Shown here: positions 32,182 to 42,865 of the stretch, piece by piece
Layout: every line of letters starts with the position of its first letter
Numbering within the stretch: position 1 is the first letter of the stretch
DNA from: Centroscyllium fabricii
Lineage: Eukaryota
Length of the DNA stretch: 64,000 bases
Reading direction: 5' to 3'
NCBI GenBank assembly: GCA_051313645.2
Contig: JBNRSN020000024.1
Coordinates: 40,920,001 to 40,984,000 of the forward strand
Position numbers and translations under genes: made by a program
Notes under the pieces: generated by a model
Told to the model about the DNA's origin: nothing
The model's database searches: none
The model's input: the letters and a program-made list of their open reading frames with translations, nothing else

Positions 32182-35100
32182 TGTGGTAATACAGAACAGC
32201 TTCTATCTGCTTACATCACTTCCGGGGACCTATGAACTTTTGTATGATGTCACTTCCTGTAACTAGCCAGTATAAACACTGGGCTACTCACTATGATTTA
32301 GTAAGAGGCATAGTGAAGACCTCTTTTGTATGTAGCACCTTTATAAGTTGATTAAAGCTTACCTTAAGTTCCTATCGTGTAAGTTTCATTCTTACAACAA
32401 TTTAATCAACTTTGCAAAACTTCTCACTCAACTCGAACTTTTGGACAACACTCGGAGCTGAGGATCCAGGGAAGCCACCAGCATGGAGAACCTCCTTAGA
32501 CCGACTCGTCTCGATTTGGACCCAAACACCTCAGCAGCTGATAAAGTCTGGAAACACTGGTATCACGCTTTTGAAAATTTTCTTGTATATTGTGAAGCTG
32601 ATGATGACATGAAGCTCAAGTTACTAATCAACTATGTCACCCCAAGGGTATATGAATGTGTGGATCATTGGACTAATTTTGATGAGGCAATTCGGACACT
32701 TCAGAGACTATATACTAAGACACCTAATGAGGTCTATGCTAGACATCTACTAGCTACAGCCCGACAAGGGCCAGAGATATCAATTGATAAATTCCTTCAT
32801 GAGCTTCGCAGGCTTAGCATGAATTGTAACTTTCAGGCGGCTTCAGCTGAGCTGTATCGTGAAGAGATGATTCGTGATGCCTTCATCTGCGGGCTTGCCT
32901 CCCCATTTATTCGCCAGCGTCTACTCGAAAGTAAGACACTGGAACTACAAAAAGCTTATGACTTGGCTTGTTCTCTGGATTTGGCAAAAAGAAATGCAGA
33001 CCTTTATGAAGTACCCAGACCTCGAACTGCTGCTTTAACCACAACCAGACAACTTAAGCGGCCACAGGTGAACTCTGTTAGGGAGGACTTTTATCCTGAT
33101 GATCAATCTGATGACTTCACTGATGAAGAAGATAATGACCCCACTCTGGCAGCCTCTTGGCGATCTAAGAAATGCTTCTTTTGTGGTGATGAGTTTCATT
33201 CTAGGAAATTCTGCCCTGCTCGCAATGCGATTTGCAGTCATTGTGACAAAAAGGGTCATTTTGCAAAGGTTTGCCTATCACGAGCCTCTACGAGGGCTTA
33301 TCAAGCTCAGTCCTATCGAACTGCCCCAATTAGGGCCTATCAAGATATGCCGGCTAAGACTTATCATACTTCCTCTCGGGGTTTTTCCCGAAGAAGCACA
33401 CCTAGAGTTTCTGCCACTCTTTGTGCAACAACATCAATTACAGCTGCTTGTCCTCCAAATCTATTCTATGCTGCTGTGAAGGCATCAATTGCTGGACATA
33501 CTTTAGATGCCTTAATTGACTCTGGCAGCTCTGATAGTTTTATTAGGGAACAGGTTGTTACCAAGTTAAAGCTACAGGTTTTCCCATCCAACCAGGCAAT
33601 TGCGATGGCTCAGTCGTCGCTCAACACCAGAACCTCCGGCTTTTGTATTGTTGAAATATCACTTAATGGCCACAGGTATCCCTCTACCCGGCTTTCGGTA
33701 CTCAAGGACCTGTGTAGTGACCTTCTCTTAGGGCTGGACTTCCAAAAGCAGCATAAGACGCTCACTATTGAGTTCGGCGGATCCAAACCAGGACTCACTG
33801 TTTCTAATATCCTGCCTCAATTACCGTTCTGTGCATTGTCAGCGGCTTCGCTGGATGAACCCTCACTATTTACCAGTATTCCTCCTCGATGCAAGCCAAT
33901 TATAACAAAATCACGACGTTTCACTCAGGAAGACCAGTCCTTTATTGCGACTGAAATTTCTCGGCTTTTGGCAGAGGATATCATCGAGCCTTGTTCATCG
34001 CCATGGCGGGCCCAAGTTGTTATTGTTAAAAATCCTCTGCAGCCTCGCAAGAAACAGCTGTGCATTGACTATTCACAGACCATCAACCAATATACGGACT
34101 TGGACGCCTACCCATTGCCGCGCATCGATGATATGGTTAATAGATTGGCTGAGTACACGGTGTTCTCAACGTATGATCTGAAAAGCGCCTATCATCAAGT
34201 ACCTTTGAAAGTCTCAGACAAGCAGTATACGGCCTTTGAGGCCAATGGACGGCTGTACCAGTTTCGTCGCCTCCCGTTTGGGGTCACTAATGGAGTGGCT
34301 GTCTTCCAGCGGGCAATGGATGACTTTGTCAAGCAGGAAAACTTAAAGGATACTTTTCCTTATCTAGATAATATTACTGTTGCAGGTTGTGATCAACAGG
34401 AACACGACGCCAATCTCCAACGATTTCAGGATGCACTCCAGCACCGTAATTTAACATTGAATGCGTCTAAATCTATTGAGTCACAACCAACCATCAACAT
34501 CCTTGGCTATTGTGTGGGCAATGGCATAATTAAACCGGACCCTGAAAGGCTTTGCCCGCTCCAAGAGCTCCCGCCACCTAAGAATCCAGCCTCCTTGCGT
34601 CGGGCCCTCGGCCTCTTTGCGTATTATGCTAAATGGATTCCTAACTTCTCGGACAGAATCCAACCCCTACTGAAGGCCGGAACATTTCCATTAGACACAG
34701 CGGCTGTTACAGCCTTTAATCTTCTAAAAAAACTGTTGGAGAAAGCGACCCTTCACTCTATTGATGAGAATCTGCCCTTCGTCGTTGAATGTGATGCCTC
34801 AGAAGTGGCGATCTCGGCTACTCTGAATCAGGAAGGTCGTCCGGTGGCATTTTTATCCAGGACCTTTCAAGGTGCCGAAATACATTATCCTCCAGTGGAG
34901 AAAGAAGCTACAGCCATTATCGAGGCAGTACGGAAATGGAACCATTTCCTAGCTCGGCAACACTTTACGTTAATAACAGACCAGCGATCGGTCGCTTTTA
35001 TGCTTGATAATCGGAAACGAACCAAAATTAAAAATAATAAGATCCAGCTTTGGCGGATGGAGTTGGCCTCTTTCGGTTACACCATCCACTACCGACCGGG

Positions 35101-36702
35101 CAAGGACAATGTGGCCCCGGATACCCTCACACGAGCATTCTGCTCCGCCGTGTCACCCTCTACTCTCGTGGACGTCCATGATGGATTGTGTCATCCTGGC
35201 GTTACCCGCATGTTACACTTCGTGCGATCACGGAATCTCCCTTTTTCTACCGGGGATGTCAAGAAGATGTGCTCGGACTGCAGAGTCTGTGCAGAATTAA
35301 AACCTCAGTTTTTCCGCCCCTCGGGTGGTACGCTCATACATGCGACCCAGCCCATGCAACGGCTTAGCATTGATTTTAAGGGCCCGTTGCCCTCTTCAAC
35401 TCGAAACATTTATTTACTGACCATGGTCGACGAATATTGCCGTTTTCCGTTTGCCTTTCCCTGCCCCAATATGCTGTCATCCACCGTTATCAGCTGCCTT
35501 GAACAGGTATTTTCTTTCTGTGGCATGCCGTCTTACGTTCACTCGGATCGGGGTCCTTCCTTTATGTCAGGAGAACTCAAGGCTTATCTCTCGGATCGGG
35601 GCGTTGCTACCAGTAAAACGACGCCTTATCATCCTGTCGGGAATGGGCAAATCGAACGGTATAATGGCATCATTTGGAATTCTGTACGTCTAGCTTTGAA
35701 ATCTCGGGGCCTGCCCATCCAGCAATGGGAAGCAGTACTCCCAGACGCATTGCATTCTACACGGTCCCTTCTTTCGACCGCCACGAATATGACTCCCCAT
35801 GAACGATTCTTTCAATTACAGCGTCGCTCATCCTCCGGGATCTCTCTTCCATCGTGGCTGACTACACCAGGACCGGTATTACTCCGGAGACATGTCCGGG
35901 CATCCAAGAATGACCCCCTTGTAGACGAGGTGGAACTGACTGATATCAACCCGACCTATGCATATATCCGATATCCTGACGGTCGGGAATCCACTGTGTC
36001 GTTACGGGATCTGGCTCCCTGCCCGCCGAAACTTACTGGGACACCTGGGGATGGTGATTTGCCAGGCGCATCTCTGTGCTCGCCGGGTACCCCTCACCAG
36101 GATCTGGATCTGACGCTGGCTGGCACTTCACTCCAGGATACAAACCGGAGGCAGACCGACTATGAGCCCGTTGGGGCTCGCACACGCAGCCACGATCCAC
36201 CACGTTCTACACGCCCAGAAACGAATCTACCACAGACCTACTCAACACCCGTTCGGGCTCAAACGCAAAGCCATGCTCTCCCAGACCCTTCACAGGGCGG
36301 GCCAGACCACATGGATTCTGATCAATGGCCCACGGCACGTAAACGGGCTAGAGACCCTCTATCACCATGTGAACCCAAACGGGTGCGAATCTCCCTCATT
36401 CGACGGCTACGTAATGAAGGGAGGATTCTGGCCTCCTACTCTTTTGGGAGGGAGGCGGCCTCCTAATCTTTTAGGAGGGAAGAATGTGGTAATACAGAAC
36501 AGCTTCTATCTGCTTACATCACTTCCGGGGACCTATGAACTTTTGTATGATGTCACTTCCTGTAACTAGCCAGTATAAATACTGGGCTACTCACTATGAT
36601 TTAGTAAGAGGCATAGTGAAGACCTCTTTTGTATGTAGCACCTTTATAAGTTGATTAAAGCTTACCTTAAGTTCCTATCGTGTAAGTTTCATTCTTACAA
36701 CA
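32182..36702 (+). mobile_element. Intact-looking, very young Gypsy LTR retrotransposon
   Basis: 218-bp TG...CA LTRs 32182-32399 and 36485-36702 (1 difference seen); perfect TSD ATACC; PPT AGGAGGGAAGAA 36473-36484; single uninterrupted ORF. Confidence 0.97.
32483..36466 (+). CDS. gag-pol: Gag-Pol polyprotein, 1327 aa (Gag with two zinc knuckles, protease, RT, RNase H, integrase)
   Basis: CFFCGDEFHSRKFC and CSHCDKKGHFAKVC; LIDSGS; YDLKSAYHQV, LPFG, YLDN; CDAS..EKE..TDQ..PD; HHCC plus SIDF..SDRG..IER. Confidence 0.95.
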   Translation: MENLLRPTRLDLDPNTSAADKVWKHWYHAFENFLVYCEADDDMKLKLLINYVTPRVYECVDHWTNFDEAIRTLQRLYTKTPNEVYARHLLATARQGPEISIDKFLHELRRLSMNCNFQAASAELYREEMIRDAFICGLASPFIRQRLLESKTLELQKAYDLACSLDLAKRNADLYEVPRPRTAALTTTRQLKRPQVNSVREDFYPDDQSDDFTDEEDNDPTLAASWRSKKCFFCGDEFHSRKFCPARNAICSHCDKKGHFAKVCLSRASTRAYQAQSYRTAPIRAYQDMPAKTYHTSSRGFSRRSTPRVSATLCATTSITAACPPNLFYAAVKASIAGHTLDALIDSGSSDSFIREQVVTKLKLQVFPSNQAIAMAQSSLNTRTSGFCIVEISLNGHRYPSTRLSVLKDLCSDLLLGLDFQKQHKTLTIEFGGSKPGLTVSNILPQLPFCALSAASLDEPSLFTSIPPRCKPIITKSRRFTQEDQSFIATEISRLLAEDIIEPCSSPWRAQVVIVKNPLQPRKKQLCIDYSQTINQYTDLDAYPLPRIDDMVNRLAEYTVFSTYDLKSAYHQVPLKVSDKQYTAFEANGRLYQFRRLPFGVTNGVAVFQRAMDDFVKQENLKDTFPYLDNITVAGCDQQEHDANLQRFQDALQHRNLTLNASKSIESQPTINILGYCVGNGIIKPDPERLCPLQELPPPKNPASLRRALGLFAYYAKWIPNFSDRIQPLLKAGTFPLDTAAVTAFNLLKKLLEKATLHSIDENLPFVVECDASEVAISATLNQEGRPVAFLSRTFQGAEIHYPPVEKEATAIIEAVRKWNHFLARQHFTLITDQRSVAFMLDNRKRTKIKNNKIQLWRMELASFGYTIHYRPGKDNVAPDTLTRAFCSAVSPSTLVDVHDGLCHPGVTRMLHFVRSRNLPFSTGDVKKMCSDCRVCAELKPQFFRPSGGTLIHATQPMQRLSIDFKGPLPSSTRNIYLLTMVDEYCRFPFAFPCPNMLSSTVISCLEQVFSFCGMPSYVHSDRGPSFMSGELKAYLSDRGVATSKTTPYHPVGNGQIERYNGIIWNSVRLALKSRGLPIQQWEAVLPDALHSTRSLLSTATNMTPHERFFQLQRRSSSGISLPSWLTTPGPVLLRRHVRASKNDPLVDEVELTDINPTYAYIRYPDGRESTVSLRDLAPCPPKLTGTPGDGDLPGASLCSPGTPHQDLDLTLAGTSLQDTNRRQTDYEPVGARTRSHDPPRSTRPETNLPQTYSTPVRAQTQSHALPDPSQGGPDHMDSDQWPTARKRARDPLSPCEPKRVRISLIRRLRNEGRILASYSFGREAAS

Positions 36703-37364
36703 ATACCCATCCTCCTGTATGCTTCAGAGGCATGGACAACGTACAGCAGACACCTCAAAACACTGGAGAAGTACCACCAATGCTGCTTCCATGAAATCCT
36801 ACAAATCCATTGGCAGGATAGGCATACCAATGTCAGTGTTCTCTCTCTGGCCAACATCCTGAGATGTGATCATGCTCAATCAGCTCTGATGGACGGGTCA
36901 CATTGTCCACATGCCTGACACAAAACTCCTGAAACAAGAATTCTACTCCGAGCTCAGTCACAGCAAGCGATTTCCTGCAGGGCAGAGAAAATGCTTCAAG
37001 GACGTCCTCAAAGCTTCCTTGAAAAAATGCAACATCTTGATCGACTCTTTGGAATCCCTGGCACAAGACCACTCAAATTGGAGGAGAAGCATTCGATAAG
37101 GCGCCGAACACTGAGTTTCTTCATCGGGAGTATGCAGAGGCTAAGTACAAACAGCGGAAAGGAGCGTATGACAAAACCAAGCACTCCACCCACTCGTCCC
37201 TTCAACCACTACCTGCCCCACCTGTGGCAGAGTCTGTAGATCCTGCATGAGACTGATCAGTCACCTTAGAAGCCACAATATTGGAGTGGAAGCAAGACAT
37301 CCTCGACTCCGGGGGACTGCCTAAGAAGAAGATAATAAATCACCAAATTCTGCGACATGAATCT

Positions 37365-37581
37365 TGTTATTCATATGGAAATGACTTATGAAATAATACT
37401 GGGCGGCCTGCGGGTGGCGCTGTCCAGGGAGAGTATAAATACTCGGGTATGGGCCCAGCTTACTCAGGACATTCTTTAACAGGAACTAGTGAAGGACACA
37501 ACTAGATCTCCGTGTTGAAAAACAGTTGATTAAAGCCTTGTTTAATACTCAGACCAGGTGCCTAGTAGTTTTCTTACGTGA
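37365..37581 (+). mobile_element. Probable old solo LTR related to the 1270 and 32182 Gypsy LTRs
   Basis: GACTTATGAAATAAT, AGTATAAATACT, AGTTGATTAAAGCCTT and TTCTTAC in the same order as in those LTRs; ends and TSD unclear. Confidence 0.6.
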
Positions 37582-38600
37582 CTCTGCTTCTGTGATATGC
37601 GTGAAAGTGGAGATGTGTTGGTGAGATTAGTGACAAAACTAGGGACATTTCTGTATTATATCTCATGTGGTTCTGAAATAGCTAGAATGAAATTGGAAGC
37701 TGCCCTTCCTTGCCATAATACAATACAAGCAAAGAGATGAATTGTCCATGGGGCCAGGCCACGGTGATTGATTGAGAAACTAGTCAGAACATGGGGAAAT
37801 GTCTTTCCAGTTGCCAATTAAATTGTATACGATTAAAGCATTAACAGGTCCTCAGAAATCAAATGACATGTCAGCACCTACTCATCAGCATTCTATGCAA
37901 TGTGTCTTCAATCATAGATGAATGACAGTCTGACTTCAGAGGCTCTTTAGACTAATTAGTAGTGGCGAATTCTCCCACTATCTCCGTTCTGGCAGGAATC
38001 TGAACTCAGTGGATTGAACGGAAATTTGCATTGTCCATGTATGACCGCAACATCTCCAAGGCTCACCCAGAGATAACCTTGACTTTCATCCAAAAGTCTC
38101 ATCACTTTCAGGTTCTGTAATAAATATGGTTTAACAAAGGGTATTTTAACCCTTTATGGGCTGATTACACTTTGGTTTTTAAGTATCATGCTGATTTGAT
38201 ATCCTGCTATTTCATTTGGCTTCTGTATATTAGCTAACCTATAAATAAACCTGACATTTTAGGCTGCATGCATTGATCTGTTGGTGTGGGATTTTCCGCC
38301 TTTCAGGAGAGATAGGGGAATATGATGGGCATCCCACATGATCTCCAGTGAATGATATACCATAATCAGGGGCAACTGTTTAAATTTGGACACACAACTC
38401 CACAAATGGCACATAAAAGGATCAGATTTTGGTTCACAGGAGACTCTAGGGCCCAAAAAGTCAAGCGTAAAGAACACTCAATTCGCTGTTCTAAGCTATT
38501 TTGAATAACTTTTCACAACTGCAGGTCCTAACTCAGATAGGTCTACGAAAGGCACTGGTAGTGAAAAAGGAAAATTCCATGTCAGTGAAATTTGAAGGGA

Positions 38601-39426
38601 TAGAAACATAGAAGATAGGAGCAGGAGTCGGCCATTCAGCCCCTCGAGCCTGCTCCGCCATTCAATGAGATCATGGCTGATCAGCCAAACTCAGTACCCT
38701 GTCCCTGCATTCTCCACATATCCCTTGATCCCTTTAGCCTTAAGGAATATATCCAACTCCTTCTTGAATATATTTAATGAATTGGCCTCCACCGCCCTCT
38801 GTGGTAGAGAACTCCACTGGTTCACCACTCTCTGGGTGAAGAAATTCATCCTCATCTCTGTCCTAAATGGCTTACCCCTTATCCTTAGACTGTGACCCCT
38901 GGTTCTGGACTCCCCAGCCATCGGGAACATCTAGTCTGCCCAGGCCTGACAGAATTTTATAGGTTTCGATGAGATCCCCTCTCAATCTTCTAAACTCACA
39001 GAAACACAGAAGATAGGAGCAGGAGTAGGCCATTCGGCCCTTCGAGCCTGCTCCGCCATTTTGATGAGATCATGGCTGATCATCCCCATATCCCCCGACA
39101 CCCCCAACTCTAAGAACGATATCTCACAACCCTAACCTGCATGTCTTTGGGTGGTGGGAGGAAACCGGAGTACCCGGATGAAACCCACACGAACACGGGG
39201 AGAACATGCAAACTCCACGCAGAGAGGTCCCGGGCCAAGCAGGATTCGAACCCAGGAGCTCCTTATTGCGAGGCAGCAGTGCTAACCACTGCGCCACCGT
39301 GTCGTCCACTCCAGTGAGGATAAGCCCAATCGACACAATCTCTCCTCATACGTCATTCCTGCCATCCCAGGTATCAGCCTGGTGAATCTTTGCTGCACTC
39401 CTTCCATGGCAAGAACATCCTTCCTC
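38601..39426 (-). mobile_element. CR1 3' fragment interrupted by a SINE
   Basis: RTRGHSLRIRG..FFTQRVV peptide; CR1 sequence continuous across the 38998-39307 insert. Confidence 0.88.
38998..39307 (-). mobile_element. V-SINE variant with a different head and a CR1 tail
   Basis: GTGGCGCAGTGGTTAGC / GGTTCGAATCC boxes, V domain, GGCCTACTCCTGCTCCTATCTTCTGTG tail; ACTC duplicated at the junctions. Confidence 0.82.
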
Positions 39427-39830
39427 ATGTTGGGGACAATTCAGGTGGTGTTTTACAATGGAAGAGGAAGGGCAAAACTTCAGCCAGTTTCTGGACAGCC
39501 TTTAAAGATACCTTGGTTTCCTGGGTGCGCTGCAGACTAAATGGAATGGTGCCTTTCTCTGTTTCAGATCGGAACTTCCAGCATCCACCCCAGGGCCAAC
39601 TGGAATTTGGTGAAGGGCCAGAATTAGGCGGCAATCCAATGGAACAGAATAGCAACTGATTTCACGATTCAATGCACCCAATCAATGCCCCAAAATAGGT
39701 GCTTATGGGGTGTACCAGACACTATCTGTATTCAAACTATCTTTTCACCATGAATACAAAAGCGTTGAGGGGAAAGCATAAACTCCAACAATCAGCACAA
39801 ATGACCCAACTCCAAACTGATGAGACAGTT

Positions 39831-41122
39831 TGGAGCAGAGGAGGCTGAGGGGCGACCTGATTGAGGTGTACAAAATTATGAGGGGCATAGATAGGGTAGA
39901 TAGAAAGGAACTTTTTCCCTTAGTAGAGGAGTCAATAACCAGGAGGCATAGTTTCAAGGTAAGGGGCAGGAGGTTTAGAGGGGATTTGAGGAAAACCTTT
40001 TTCACCCAGAGGGTGGTTGGAATCTGGAACTCACTGCCTGAAAGGGTGGTAGAGGCAGGAACCCTCGCAACATTCAAGAAGCATTTAGATGAGCACTTGA
40101 AATGCCATAACATACAAGGCTATGGACCAAGTGCTGGAAAATGGGATTAAAATAGACAGGGCTTGATGGCCGGCACGGACGCGATGGGCCGAAGGGCCTC
40201 TTTCTGTGCTGTATAACTCTATGGGCGTAAAATTAGTGAGCGCATGGATTGGGTGCTAAATTTGGCGATGTGCTAAAATTTAGCGCCGGCGCTAAATTAG
40301 CGCCGAGGCAGCCGATATTGGCGTTAGCGCCGCCATTGAAGAATTTGGCGCTAATTCACGTCTTGCACGGCTTCCAGGCAGCCAATATCTTGCCGCTAAT
40401 GGCCATTCCCGGGCGCAGCGCTCCCTCACTAACTGCTTGCTTCCCCATGACCTCTTCAGCCGATTAGGCCATAAAGGGGAAGCAGAGCAGCATCTTTCCC
40501 TCCCCGCTCTCTAATCATCTGCCGACCGCGGGCCAACGGCAGCCGTGGCCATCCTTCCCCCCTCCCCGCTCTCCCATCAGCAGCCGATCTCCTTCCCCCC
40601 TCACCGCTCTCCGATCAGCAGCCGATCTCCTTCCCCCCTCACCGCTCTCCGATCAGCAGCCGATCTCCTTCCCCCCTCCCCGCTCTCCGATCAACTGGCA
40701 CATCGGTCCGCCTCCCCCGCTCTCCGATCAACTGGCACATCGGGACGTCTCCCCCGCTCTCTCAGCAAGTGGCCGATCTCGGGCCGAAGAGGGAGGGTGG
40801 CCCTTTTACCAGCGCTGCAGCGGCCACCCAAACCCGCTGCAGTGCTTGCAAAAGCTGGCGCTGATAGCGTGGGGGGCGGTGGAAAGGAGCTAAGCCCAAT
40901 ATCGAGCGCAGCCCGCCGGGCGGACGTTGCACACGCATTGTCATGATGATTGGTGATCGCCAGGCGGCGCAGCGCTAACGTTTAGCGCCAGCGCTAACCA
41001 CTAGGCCAATTTAGCGCCCGGCGCAAATTTGGGCGCTATGTCGGTGCTGGCCCATTAGCGCCGATTTTCGGTGCTAATGGGAGAGCGCTAAGGTGCCAAT
41101 TTCGCGGCCTATGACTCTATGA
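39831..41122 (+). mobile_element. CR1 3' fragment whose tail is split by a MITE
   Basis: EQRRLRGDLIEVYKIM...FFTQRVVGIWNSLP; tail ACTCTAT | TATGACTCTATGA flanks the 40223-41109 MITE. Confidence 0.88.
40223..41109. mobile_element. GC-rich MITE with TSD TAT and an internal 33-38-bp tandem repeat
   Basis: Imperfect TIR GGGCGTAAAATTAG / CCAATTTCGCGGCC; many TAGCGC/GCGCTA subterminal motifs; CAGCAGCCGATCTCCTTCCCCCC repeats at about 40550-40760. Confidence 0.78.
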
Positions 41123-41133
41123 CCTGAAATGTT

Positions 41134-41938
41134 GGGGGTAATTTTCATGTCCCCGTGAGGCGGGGTTTTGGACGGCCCGGCCGGCAAAATAGCGGAACCG
41201 GCGGGTCCTGCCCCTCCCCGCCGGAACCCCGCCGCTTCCTCATTTTCCCGCCCCCAGATTCCCCGCCCCGAAACCTTCCCGCCGCCGACCGGCCGGGATG
41301 GGTTGTCACCTCGTTAAGGGCCCTTAATTGGCATCTTTAATGCCATTTTAAGGGCCCTCAGCCATTTTGCCGTGTTTTCCACCCCACCCAGCGGGAGCAC
41401 AGCGCTGCTTATAACTTTTGGACTATAACCTGGTGTTGTGTGACTTCCTGAATATATTTCTTTCTCCTTTAAGGTCTGAAGGACATGCTGCCAAATGCTT
41501 GGCATGCCCCCAGCACCTTAGAGGAGATAGTAACTCCGTTCTGCCTTCCGTATCAGCTCTGACCAGAAACTGAGCAATCTCAGTTCTCACAATGGCCTCA
41601 CAGCTGGTGCGAGCTGTGAGGGATTCGGAGCCCGCCCGCCCACCTGTCAGTCACCAGCACTTGGCCTTTCCCATTGGCTCCACTCCACTGTGATGTCACA
41701 GTGGAGTGTTGCCATGGGAACTGACAACAACCAGTGCTGGAACTCTGAATCAAAGTGCTCGCAGCTCCACTGCAGCCCGACTTGATTCACCTAATTACCT
41801 CCCGCTGCCGCCGACGGGGATTTAACAACCTCATTAGCCTAAAATTGCGTGGGCTTTCCAGCTGTTTGGGCGGGCGGGACCAGAAGCCGCCCAGACCAAT
41901 CCCCGCCAGGTTCCCGCCCTTCCGGAAAAATCCCCCCC
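41134..41938. mobile_element. MITE related to 9196-10003
   Basis: Ends GGGGGTAATTTTC / GAAAAATCCCCCCC; flanks GTT/ATT; interrupts a Penelope family B sequence. Confidence 0.72.
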
Positions 41939-42008
41939 ATTAACTCTGTTTCTCTCTCCACTGATGCTGCCTGGCCTGCTGAGTTTTTCCAGCGTTTTCT
42001 GTTGTTAT
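41939..42008 (+). mobile_element. Penelope family B 3' terminus (host of the 39825-42008 nest)
   Basis: TTAACTCTGTTTCTCTCTCCACTGATGCTGCCTGGCCTGCTGAG...; 14-bp TSD TCCAAACTGATGAG at 39811-39824 and 42009-42022. Confidence 0.75.
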
Positions 42009-42311
42009 TCCAAACTGATGAGTAGCTTTTCTCTGCTGTTTCAGTGAGCTTCTACAAAATGTATTGGGGAAAAAAGTAAGTGCAATATATTAAAACCCCA
42101 GTCCCAGAATCAGAACCTGAAATAAACGCCGCAAAATCAAAATGACTGCTGTTGTCATTTATTAGTTGTTTTTGTCCAAAATTCCATTGTGAGCAAGCTT
42201 TCCAGATTTAACTGGGTTACCTTGTCGAAATGTCTCCAATAAACAAATAATGTCTTGCAGTCAATTCAGGAATCCTCTCATTGACTTTTGTCAGTCATCA
42301 AAATCTTTGTA

Positions 42312-42651
42312 CAGGTCCGGCACTGTTATTCCGGACACTGGTAATCCGGAAACCTCAGTCGTCTGGAACGAATCCGGCCGACTGGTCTGCGCATGCGTAA
42401 AATGGCTGCCGCGCTTGGCTGCGCATGCGCAAAATGGCCGCCACGCCTGGCTACGCATGCCCGGGCCTCTCCCCGAATGAGTGATGCTTCGGCAAGCGCA
42501 TATGCAGACCATTCAAAGTGGCCGCCAGCCTTCGCGGCGGCCATTTTGAATGGTCTGCGCATGCGCTCGCCGAAGCATCAATCGTTCGGATTTTTCACTA
42601 ATCCGGCACCGGCCTCATTCCGCCGGTGCCGGATTAGCGGTGTCGGACCTG
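42312..42651. mobile_element. Tc1/mariner (pogo/Tigger-like) MITE
   Basis: TA TSD; TIR CAGGTCCGGCAC / GTGTCGGACCTG. Confidence 0.82.
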
Positions 42652-42653
42652 TA

Positions 42654-42865
42654 TGTTGTAGCTGGTGTGCAACGGCCACCCCACGTTAAAAGAATTCACG
42701 CACAGTCATCTCCCACCCTTTAAAATGAAGTTCGGGACATGGAACGTCAGGTCACTCATGGACAAAGAGACTGTAGGCCCCGCATTGGACTCATCAGTCA
42801 CCTGAGAACTCATTTTTAATGTGGAAGCGAGTCATCCTCGGCTCCGAGGGGCTGCCTACGAAGGA
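42654..42865 (+). mobile_element. Bipartite RTE derivative (5' UTR/ORF start fused to 3' terminus)
   Basis: 42654-42764 aligns to RTE 29436-29545; 42765-42865 aligns to RTE 3' end 58143-58245. Confidence 0.8.

Larger units (their letters stand above)
29269..37331 (+). mobile_element. Near full-length decayed RTE (BovB-like) LINE hosting Penelope and Gypsy insertions
   Basis: 5' UTR, ORF start near 29506 (TWNVRTL), LLGDFNAKVG (APE), YADD (RT), C-terminal region, (AAG)n tail at 37323-37331; many stops and frameshifts. Confidence 0.9.
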
